Source: Gekko japonicus (lineage: Eukaryota). From it: a stretch of 64,000 bases of DNA. Location of the stretch: positions 261,415-325,414 of the forward strand of contig NW_015160837.1 of NCBI RefSeq assembly GCF_001447785.1, read 5' to 3'. Shown piece by piece: positions 11,251 through 23,200 of the stretch; position 1 is the stretch's first letter; each line of letters starts with the position of its first letter. A program made the position numbers and the translations under genes. The notes under the pieces were generated by a model, which saw only the letters and a program-made list of their open reading frames with translations, did not search any database and was not told the DNA's origin.

Positions 11251-14200
11251 CTGTAAAGAAAAAGGAAAAAAAGGAATCAGAGCATGCAGCTTTTCTTTAC
11301 ACAAACTCAGAACCTAGCCAAGAAATTACTCATATTATTTTGATCTCAGAAAATTAACCAAAAATCAAGCCTCAAATTAATTTCTCTGAACTTTCAGAGT
11401 CACCAAAAACTGTTCACCATGGTGTTAAGTGAGCAGAAAGGGGGCAGAGGGGGGATGAGGCAGGGTCAGCAAGTGCATCCTTGTTTGTCTGAGACTTACC
11501 CTATCGAAGCCCATAGCACAAAGGTTTTCTATCTTTTTGGTGTATTCTGGACTAGAAACTGGTGCTCCAGCATACACATGCGCCCAGAGTCGAGCTGTCT
11601 GTTTAAACATTTCTGGATTTTGTTTGTACTATGCCAAAGAAAGAGAGAAAAAGAAAAAGTGAACTCTTGTTCAAAAACACAAGGGGAACTTTTGCATTCA
11701 AACCAGCGACACCCGTTTCTGCAAGAAAGAGTCTTCAGTCTGGCATTAACCTGAGTATTAAGGAAAGATATTTCTTTGTTCATGAACTGAGGTTATTATG
11801 AGGTTTTCAGTCTGGGTGATTTGCTGCTTTTGATTCTTGTTGTTTCTGCAGGGTTTTTTTTTACTCTTTTATGCTTGATTATTTTATGCTACTTCTTTTA
11901 TTAGGCATGTTCTACAGGTCTCTTCAAATGACCATATCCTTACACAGCTATAATTTCTGTGTAAGTGTGTACGGACAGGGCCCCAGTGAACAGATGAGGG
12001 GAAATCCACCTGCTGCAACTTCACATTGACCAATTAGACACACGCATCACAGATTACTGTGAACACAGAAGCGATAGGCATGGAGGGAATTATCCCTGTA
12101 CAAAAAGCATCCTTTAGTTGAGTTCCGCTGCTGAGATCCTGAAAGTGCTCGATTGTGGGCTATTCTCAACTGAAACCTGTATGATCTAAGAGACCCGGAT
12201 TTGAAAAAAAAACCCCGCTCTGCCGCAGAAACCTGCAGGACGACCTTGGGCCAGTCACATAGTCTCAGCCTAACCCACCTCAAATGGTGGAGTTTGTTAG
12301 GAGAATGAAGTGTGCCTCTTTGGGTCCCCACTGGGAACACAGGTGGGGCACAAACGAAGTCAATGAATACACACTTCCGAGAGACACCGGCACATGAGAA
12401 CATCTGTGGAAGATACACAGGAGTTGTAGTTCCCCGCAGAATGGTTCAGCTCTGTTCAGTCGCACTGCATTTTGTATCCTAGCACTTTTCAGGCTGTATA
12501 GGCAGTCCGCTGGCTGCTCACTGCTTTACACAAGTCACTTGCAAGGCACAGCTTGGGCACAGTGATTAACTGGATTTACCCTGCAGGCTTACAGAAACGT
12601 ACTACTGAAAAATATTCAACAGCGTCAACATAACCTGGTGTAGGAAATTGCTCTTGTCTTAAAATGTCACACATATGATAGCAAAATTCCATTTCCACAA
12701 CAATGAAGATGCTAGACGATTGATTCCACGTTGCACGTGGCTACAAACCTGGTAGCAAGAATCGAAAGCTAATCTTAAGCAATTAGAAACCCAACAGTCT
12801 TATCGTGTTGGATGACACATTTCCCACATTTAAAAAAGAAATCTGTTTTAAGAACATAAGAACATAAGAGAAGCCAATGTTGGATCAGGCCAAAGGCCCA
12901 TCCAGTCCAACACTCTGTATCACACAGTGGCCAGAAATACCAGGTGCCATCAGGAGGTCCACCAGTGGGGCCAGGACATTAGAAGCCCTCCCACTGTTGA
13001 CCCCCCCCCCCCAAGCACCAAGAAGACAGAGCATCACTTGCCCCAGATCCCCTATCTATACTTTTCTGTCATTATCAGTAGAAGTGTATGCGCTTCAGTT
13101 ATTCTAAGAAATTGCCTCCTGAACCTTCCCCCTCCCCCAAATACAAAACTATCAAGTTAAAAAGACTTTGGGAGAAACTTTTTTCTAGTTTTCTGACCCC
13201 AGGACTGTGATAAAGAGACAGATATTTCAATATTGTACATTTCCAGCCTCCTCGTGCTCAAAACGGGAATTTATTTCACTAGCGTATTTCCTACTGATTA
13301 TACTTACTGTGAGAAAAAAACCAGGAAACTACACTCCTGATCAGCTTGGGAGCCGCCAGTATCCTTCTGGTGGGGGATATGGGAAATGAAGGAGGAGACC
13401 TGGGTTTTTAAAGCTGTACCTGATTTGCTACAACTGCATCTTGTGGATCATCGGGTTCTGCAGCTGCCAAGAGTGCCTGCAGTGATAACAACACTGTCCT
13501 TAGAGTCATTGCTGCTGCCCTGAAATGCAAGTTTGAAACCGTCATTTCTTCTACCATGTCACACAATTAGCACAAATGAGGTCACTTATCATACAAACAT
13601 TCAGGGCTATTTTTGGGCAGGAACGCACAGGAACGGAGTTCCGGCTGGCTCCCAAGTTGGCCACACCCAGCAGGAAATCATTAGCATAATAGGCCACACC
13701 CAACAGCAGGAACTCATTAGAATTGGCTACATTAGGGGTGTGTGGCCTAACATGCAAAGGAGTTCCTGCTACAAAAAAGCCCTGGGTTTTGACAACAAAC
13801 AAGGTAAACAGAATAACAAGCAAAAGGTGGGTGTGGCTGGATGACCACACTTCTGGTAACATGGGAATGCGGCCTAATATGCTAATGAGTGGTGCCGTCA
13901 GGGTGTGTGGCCTATTATGCTAATGAGTTTCTGCTGCTGGATGTGGCCTATTATGCTAATGAGTTCCTGCTGGACTTTTTCTACAAAAAAAGCCCTGCAA
14001 ACACTGCTAAGACTAATACTGCAGCCATAGAAGATATAACTGAGTATTTCAACACATCCTTGCAAGGGCCTGATGGCTCAGCATACGAGGCACAGCCCTT
14101 TCCCTAATATCAGAACTGCTGCAAAAGAGAGAGTGCAGGTTGCTTTGTCAATAATTGAAACAGAACAGCATCACAATGCTCCCTCTGAGGCAGGGGTGTC

Positions 14201-17200
14201 AAACACGCGGCCCGGGGGCCAGATCAGGCCCCCGGAGCGCTTCTATCAGGCTCGCAGTGGAACCTGCTGTCTTCTGCTTCTTCTTCCAGTTCCGCTGCTC
14301 CTGCGTCATTGTAGGTTTGCAGCTTACAGATACACACCTGAACAGCCTACTCTAGATTACAACAACACAGACATTTTGATGTAATAATCCAAAGCAAGAG
14401 GTGTCAGTTGTCAAACACTGTTAAACAAAATAGTGCCAGAGTGCTGTTTTAAGCATGTTTTTATTTTAAGTAAATAAAAGCCGTTTGTGTCCTTTATAAA
14501 GTTTATATCTCCGCTACCTGGCATTACATTTTATGACACACATGGTCCAGCCCAACAAGGTCTCATTTATGTCAGAGCCTGCCCTTATAACAAATGTGTT
14601 TGACACCCCTGCTCTAAGGTGTGGCGTCCTGTGAGCAAAAATCCTACTTTGTGAGCTCCTGGCATTAAAAGTTGTGAGTGAGCGATTTGACTGCTGCATA
14701 CATTAAGTTTGCTCTGGATTCATCCTTCCTGAGCTAAGACAAAAATGTGTGAGCTGGAGGCTAAAAAACGGAGCTAGCTCACACTAACTCAGCTTATAGG
14801 GAACACTGTGCAACAGGCCTCTGTGCAATAGCATTTGGGATACATGCTTTCACATTAGCCATCCAAAGGAGCTGGGGATCCATGAAGATTTGTGGGGAGC
14901 ATCTTGTTTCCCCCATTCTATCCCCCCTCCCCACAATGTTTCTTCTTTCACTCCCTTTGGCAGCCTCCATAACCTGTCTCCTTTCACTGCTTCCTATCCC
15001 ACTCGTACACCTTTATTCCCCTCCCCCAGTTTTCAGCTTTCCCCCATTCCCTGCTCCTGACAGCCTCCCCGGCTTTCTTCTCTCCCATCTACCTACCTTT
15101 TTCTGTTCTCCCTCCAGCTTCTTCTTCTCTCCCCCTTCCAATTCCTTCTTTCCCTCCACTCCATTTTTAACCTTTTCCATCCCTTCCACCATTGACTGAC
15201 AGCAACTAAAGTTGGGAGGCTTCAGTGATACTGAACATAGAGCCCCGTGGCCAGAAATGTTTCCTTGGGGGTATAAATAGGGGGCAGTTTAGCATGGTGG
15301 CCTAACCTGCCGGCAGTACCGTCTGCACGGTGGCTCCGCTACAGTGGCTTGCTCCAAAGGGAGCCATGGCTAAGCAGGAGGGAAGGGAGAGGGGCGGTTG
15401 CTGCGTGGCCTCACCGGATCTTCCTGCTTCCGCAGCCGGAAGGTTTGAAGGGAACATGCATGTTAGGAAACATGTCTGTTCAGGGCTGAAATCTGAGGAT
15501 CTGAAGCCTGCGCTACAAACTGCCTCTTCCCTTGCAAGACAGGGGTGGGAGGAGAAGGGCAGAGAGGAGAGCAAGCCAGCTAGCCAGTCTTCCTCAGTGG
15601 GATGGGGAAGACCTACCAGGAGCAAAAATCACTGAAGTACGAAAAGAGGCAACCTGTAGGAAGGCAAGGAGGGGGAGGAAGTTTGTGAGCTCGGTGGGGG
15701 CGGGAAGGGAAAGGGGGGGGAATGCTGGTCAGCCCAGGGCTCTTTGGCATCCTGCCCCCTCCCCCTTCCTGTTGTGTTTGCTCACTCACGCCCACCCAGC
15801 CTCCAGGCAGCACTTCACCCACCATCGCCTGGAAATGGTGACTGGAAACAGAGCTGCATGTGTGGGATTCACGGCCCATTGGAGTAAGAGGAGCATGACA
15901 CCCGAAACTGAGGAACCCCCACCTGCACGGGGTGTGTGTGTGTGGCACCCTCCAGGAGAGGGCAGGGCACATCTGTGAGGGGGCATTGCCTTTGCTAGGT
16001 CCCCCCCCCGCCCCCCAGGCCCCCCCCCCCCCCCCGTGGCTACAGGCCTGGAAACACAGTCTCCCAAAATCTCAGCAGGCATTCATCTCTTGAAGGCAAA
16101 GATGCTGTATCCGTTACTTTGGTTTATTTTTAATGCCCAACTATGTATTTTTTTAGATTTCAGGTTTTCCTGCAAATCAGGGACTTTCATTAGGTTTGCA
16201 GACAAACTCATCTTGTCTGTCCCTGGTCCCGTGCTGTGTATTTTCTCATCCACGTTCTCGAGGGAGGTTCAGAATTAGATATAGTGATTGTGGCCTGGTT
16301 CTCACTGTGGTCGTAAATCTACATCTGGCTGTGTACCATTTCAAACTGTAGACGGGGACCTGGAATGATGGAATACTTTGCGGGGGAGGCGGGGTTCCTA
16401 AGCAGAGGCAGGCAATGGCAAACCATCTCTGTTCCTCTCTTGCCTTGAAAACCTATGGGGTCACCCTAAGTCAGCTACGACTTGACGGCACTTTCCACTA
16501 CCATTGCTAATACATAAAAACTAGTATGTCAGGAAGAAGGCTAGTTTTCTGTAGTGGGATTGTACTGTATAGAAGAGCATTCCATCATGCAAGCCCTCAT
16601 CATCTGTACTGTAAATGGTTCCAGGCAGGTTCATCATATCAGTGAAAACTGAGCTAATACTGTATCAGAACCCAAGAGTCTGCCATGCAGTTTGAATAGG
16701 AGCATTTATTGATACACAGAACCAGATTCAGGCTAAGTTTTGTTTTGGTTTTTTTACTCCTTTGGTGCTACGCTAACCTCTGGCATGTGAGGAACACTAT
16801 TTTATTTATTTAAAATATTTTTAGCCCACCTTTCCCCAACAGAGTTTAGTCAACCTACAAAAAGACCCCCAAAGGCAGCAGCAATAATACACATCGATCA
16901 TTAAACAGTAAATACTGTATACTTGTTAAAAAGATGTGCTCTTGTATCTATGCTTTCCTTCCTTTTGATCTTATTCAAAATGAAGTTAAAGCAAGATTCC
17001 TACCTATAAGGACACAAACATAACCAAAATGAATGGTGAGAAACCCTATTATCAAAAGTGGCTTTACACAGGAACGTTCTGATAAAAGTCTAAAAAGCAA
17101 GATACCACCAGTCAGCATCTGGCAACCTTCCAACCTCTAACAAAGAATAGACCCATTGCTGCACAGTGTGACACTACTACACAGAGCACTCCATCTTGTA

Positions 17201-20200
17201 CAGCAAACAACCGTAACATTAAACAGCTCATGCATTCTAACGGCTTAAGCAAGAGAGGTTCAGTTCAGATTCGGTGATGCTCCTTCCACTGCTCCATGGT
17301 TCCCACTACCTATGATGTCCAAATTTTGCAGGGCTAAGATCCGTACTAACTTTCAAACCAGAGTTTGGGAGTCAAATCTAATCACACCTTGCCAACTTGG
17401 ATAGCCCCAAAACTATGGCTGGTGGAATCCAAGGAGCAGAGAAACCCATAAGCCACTGAACCGAACCACTAAATTTTTGTCAAGCCATTCAGTTTCCGTT
17501 ACCATAGCTGCACATCAGGTCTATGGTACTTTTTTTTCCTTTTTAAATGTCAGGTACAAAAGTATGTGGATCACATCCACAATATGTGGATGGGAGACCA
17601 CCAAGGAAGCCTGGGGTTGCTGTGCAGAGGAAGGCCATGGCAAACCACCTCTCTGCTCATCTCTTGCCTCAAAAGCCCCACGAGATGGAACTTCATGGGA
17701 TCACCCTGAGTTGGCTGCAAGCTGACACTATGCTTTACCTTTACAGAAGATGAAAATAAACAAACATGTCTGTCCCACAAATCACTTCTGCCTTATTCAA
17801 TATTTTGCTCTAAGAGACCATCATTTATTTTAAAATGCATCTAATGAAACTGCTGTTTACTTACCATTGATCTTTTAGGATGTCCAAGCATATAGCCCCA
17901 GTGACTGAGCTAATATTAGGATGCCATATTTTGGTGATAAACCGCACCTAGAACATTAAAGCTCTTATGAAAATAGCTGCTAAACAACATAACTGGAGCA
18001 TTCCAAACAGCTGCTATAAATTTTAATGGAAAACCTATATCCCAGTTCTCATCATCCTGTGTCTGGACTAGACTATTTCAGAATGCAGGGCAGGCTTCAG
18101 ACATTTAATGCACCTTCATATTTTAAAAAGCCCTGCAGATCAAAAATGACATGTCATGTGTAAAAGGGTTCTGCCCTCTCCTTTGTCTCAGTACAGTGCA
18201 GACACTTCAGCTACTGCTTGTGAGAAGTAGCAAACACGAAGCAGGTTATCTGGATTACTTTGGGGGTAAACACCTAAATTAAGAAGCCAGGGTTACATCC
18301 AGAGAGAACTAATGACCTGGTAGATAAGAATGGAACCTCTGGTTGCTTAGCAGGGCTTGCAGTGTAGCAAGGCCACAGAATCCAGCTATCTCTGCTACTT
18401 GCTAATTTCTTTCAAAGTTGTCANNNNNNNNNNNNNNNNNNNNNNNNNNNNNTGGCTTTATTCAAGAAGAAATATCCTTAAATAGATGGATATGATGTTT
18501 CTACTGTTAAGAAACTGGGGGCCACTCCATAAAGAGGAATACTGGCTAAACAAAATTCTACTAGTATACAACCTGAAAAACTTCATTCCTCATAAAATAC
18601 AGATGATCTGTCCCATCAGTCTAAAATCTGGCACAATGAAACAGTCAAGTTGTGTATTCTGCCCAAAATTGCAAAAAATTAAATGTGAAATTGTCAAGTG
18701 AAGGAAATTTTTGAAATCTGCCTTGCATTTGTAGTTGTAAAAGTTTATGGCCGTTTTTTTTGCACAGCTCTTTCCTGTTTAAATTACTTGAAAGAGTCAG
18801 AAATACACCACAGGCCCTTATTGGTTTACCGAAAATCCACTGGGTATTAAGTTATGAGATTTTTCAAGGTACCCAGTGTTTTGGGGGTTTTGTATTATAA
18901 TAAGGGCAAATGATGAGAATACCAAATATAGCCCCAATCCGAATACCTTACTGATATTTTACTAGGGAAATTCGGCATTTACTGATATTTTTCAGGTCTG
19001 ATTTACCCAAAGCTGAAAAATACCAGCATTTTTTTTTGCACACCCCTACTGAGAACCCATACCAGCAAGCAACCTTACTGCTGTGCTTCATGTGTCAAAG
19101 CTTCTGAACAGCCTTTGAATGCAGCCCCACATACAGCAGGCACACTGCAGTAGTCCAACCGAGAGGTGATGAGAGCTTGGATAACTGTGGATGCATCATT
19201 CCTCTCAAAGAAGGGTTGCAGGAAGCAAACCACAGAAGTTGAGTAAACACCACAAGGAAGACTTGAGGCTCAATCTGTAGCCACAGACCTAGTAGCACTC
19301 CCACCCTGAATTAGAATGTCTGCCAGTATCTACTTCACCAAACAGTGAGGAGGCAGTCAGTTGCAATAGTTGTGTAGGTTGAAGGATTTAAACAGAAAGG
19401 TGCTCTATAGGAAGAAATGGCCTTTCAGGCAATGTCAATATCAGAAAGCCTTTACTCTTGGCTTGTGGTGCCATTGTGCCACAGAAACATATTTAAAAAC
19501 CCTTCTAAAATAATTCTACTAGCCAAACATGCATAGCAGAACAATAAAAATGCCACAGGCACACATATAATGAGAAGGGAGATCTAGGAAAGGGCTTGTT
19601 CAGCAAATACTAATTTAAGAATTTTAAAGAGTTTTTTAGTTTGTTGTTTCTGTAATGCCTGAAAGAATCCCTTTACAAATACCAGCTCAATACAGGGCTC
19701 AAAGAATTTTCCAGGCAGGTTATTTCACAGATACTGCTTTCCCAAAATCTTGCTATATAAACATCTAATGGGTCTATAAAAGGCATAGAATCCCCCCCCC
19801 CACAACCACTTTAATGGATATCCAGACAGAAATTCTCCAACTGCAACTTCCTCAGTTTCTTGTTACAATACAGTATTTTCCCAACATTCACAACCCCTAC
19901 ATTGCAGCCATAAAAGGCACACCGTTTTAACTCTAAAGCATCAAAAGTGTAGCATCTGGCTTTGGCCAAAACTCCAAAAGATGAGGTAACCCAAATCACT
20001 AGTTATATATGAACTGAACAGCTAGTGAGAGGAGGAAGAGAGGCCCCTTTTGCTGGAGATTGTGGGCCCCAAGTGAACAAAAAGACATAGGATGGGGGCT
20101 ACAGCAAGAAGGGGGGAATTGGGCAAGGTCACATGATCTCCACCTGCACCAGCAGAAAAGCTGATTTAGAACTGAACCCAATTAATCTCTGCCTGGAAAC

Positions 20201-23200
20201 ATCCCTTGAGCCTGGAGCTGAAAGACCCAGGCAAAATGCAAAGTTTAATTTGTAAGCCAGCACAGTATAGAAGATTGAAAAATCTGTTTACTGCTTACAT
20301 GGCACAGAAGTTGAGGTAAGAAGACTTGCAATGTCTATGCATGGATGAATCCATAAGTACCTCTTAACTCCTCTCTTAAAACGGGAGTATTTCTGACTCT
20401 AGAGCCACATTGATCACCGTCGTTATCACAATCTATCTAGAATTCCATCCAAAGCACACAGAAATGAGCTTCATGTTTGTTACTGAAATAAGGGGGGGGG
20501 GGGAATGAAGACCTTCACAACAAGGTTACTTGTTTTCAAGTTCCACCAACGTTTTGTTTCATTTGGGGACCATGAACTACTGAGTGAGAGCGATTAAAGG
20601 AGAGTGAGTGTTCTCACTGTATGAATCCAAAAAAATATTGAAACAGCAATGCAGAACAAAATGTCTACTACACAAACAATTCTGAAAATTATGCACAAGA
20701 ATAATGCACAAGAATTTGCTTACAGTACCTTAGGAGGATTAAATGGATATGTTTCTGGAATTTTTATTTCTAGTTGATATCTTCCTCCTGCAAAAACCAG
20801 GATACAGGAATTATATTCTTCACCGTTATTATCCTACCAGAACACTCTGTCCTCATAAAAAGCACATCAAGTGGTATTTTAACATTTTCTCCTAGGAAAC
20901 ATAAGACATATCAACTAATTTAATTTCAGATAGGAGTAATCCTAAAATGAAGGATTCTAGACTCTAAGCCTCTGTTTGCAACGGAGGGTTCTCACAGCAG
21001 TAACCAGAGATTGTACCAGCACTCTTGCAGAATATTTCATTCTATTACAGCTTCACTGTTTCATCAGGGGGAAACCACCAATATATGACAAGGCATAATC
21101 CACCAAGAATTGCACCTACATGGTTTGCTTCAATGACACAGCAGTTCTTGAGAGACTGTATGTGTAAAATGCAACAAACCTATTAAAGCACAGATGCAAA
21201 AATAAGTCATGGTTCAAGGATACTGAGCACTCAAATATACCTTTTTAAACAAAAAACAAAAAAAACTGGAATTCTGGAAACAGAAAGCACAGTGTTTCAG
21301 ACCATAACCAAAGCATCTGGGAAATTACTACTTAATTTTTTTTCAAAGGATCAGTGCATATTCTTTAACACAGAAGACAAATGGTTATGGCAAGATGGGA
21401 AGGCAAACTTCCAAAGGAAAAGAACCCAGCCCCAAGCATTAGAATAGTCCTGGGTGTATTCTGTTCAGTAATATCATTACTGCCCCTAGGAAGAAAAAGA
21501 GGACCAAATGTTCACTGATGATAATTAGGTGACTGCCAGTGGTGATACAGGCAAAAACCTAGAAGTTAGCAAAGCCTGTTCATTCTGTGTAACAAACCAT
21601 TTTGCTGCACAACAAGTCTCATCTAGGATTACAGAAAGCAAGGACTGGGCCTCTGTCAATCACAGGTCCCAGGGTACAATTTGAAAGGACGTGGTACAGC
21701 TACCTTGCTCAACCCAAGTATGTATGGCTTTGGCCACAGTGGCTGGATGCAAGAGATCCAGCAAATTTTATGTACATCACCTTCAGTTGGATGAGGGAAG
21801 AAAGGCAGGACATAAATGTAATAAACAAAATGGCAACTATGAGCCACAAAGGTGAGGGAACAGCAAAGGCACATTTTTAAACGAACCAAGTACAGTAGTC
21901 CCACTAGAAGTAATCATCAATACTACTGTGAAGTCTATTGGTAAGAATCCTGCACCCAGTTTTAGATTCCTGTGTGCAAGTGGGCAAATTCCAAGATGGA
22001 TAAATGCAAAGAACATACTCTCTAGATTGAAAGGGGGGGGGGTTTCATGTGTGTGTGTGTGCGCGCGCACATGCGTGCATGTTTGTGCACCTGGAAGTCA
22101 TGGAGACCCCTGGTGACTGACCCCTACTGGGGGCCTGGAGGATATTCAGAGACGTGGCTGAATAAAGCCTGCCCCCACCTCCCGACTGCTGGTATTCCAA
22201 GGAGGTCTCCCATCCAAGTACTTGCCAGAGTCGACCCTGCTCAGCTTCCAAGATCTGATGACATCAGGTTTGCCTGGGCTATGCAGGTCAGGGCTAGACT
22301 GAAAGAGTTTTGTTCAGCTAAGTGGCTGCATAAACATTCTAGAAATATTTTAGATTGGGAAAATGGGTACAGTACAAAATATTGTGTGTCAATCTAGTAC
22401 ATTTCAAAAGGAGTTTCATTTTCCATTTAGTTTCTAGCTGTATTTTAACTTTATGAATGGCCTCTCAGGAGTGAGGAATCTCACAGATTCAAAACCAAAT
22501 AAAGGAAATCAGATCTCACACCTTTTGGAAATGGAAAGGTATTATAATTTTGAAACCTCCATATTCTGGTGAAGACATTCTCAACTAAAAACAAAATCAT
22601 AGGGGCAAAGCTGGCTCCTACCAGAATGTCATGAATAGGTGTCTACCAGTAGGAACAGAGCACTCTCTCTGACAGGGATGGCGACCACTGCCCCCAGAAC
22701 CTGATGCCGCTTCTTAGCTGCATTCCAGTTTTGCAAACAGCAAACTAGAATGAATTGGGCAATACATACAAACCAAATACAATCTTCTTCCTGGATTTTA
22801 TCTGTATAGTAGGTAGCATTAAGGTAAGAAACTAGAATGCAAGGCTTTCAAAAGAAAAAAAATAGGGGAATCAGAAAATAAGATAAAAACACAGCAACTT
22901 TACTGCAAGAAAACAAGTTATATATAATAAATGGAAATAGACTTATCTTGCTGTCTGTAAGGGAGGATTCGATATAACTTACAGTACTGAATAGGTGGTA
23001 GTGTCTATTATTTTGAAGATACCATGGATAGCTTTCCATTATGATTTATATAGTACCACAAAGGTACATGATGCCTTGCATCGCAAAGCAAAAGAGAAAG
23101 GTTTGAAGAGCAGAAATACCCTTTTGCGTTGTTTACCCATCAATAGGTAACCAGCCAGGGAATTGTGTTGCTACACTGTGTTAAATTGCTCAACACAAGG

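Noticed and set aside
13533-13997. CRISPR-like look of spaced ~36-bp repeats, and recurring ORFs such as GHTQQQELISII
   Set aside because: Eukaryotic DNA, no unique spacers or cas genes; the repeats are internal to a TIR/TSD-bounded MITE.
22150-22295. 5S rRNA gene
   Set aside because: Only the internal control region resembles 5S; the leader and tail are SINE-specific and copies are dispersed and diverged.
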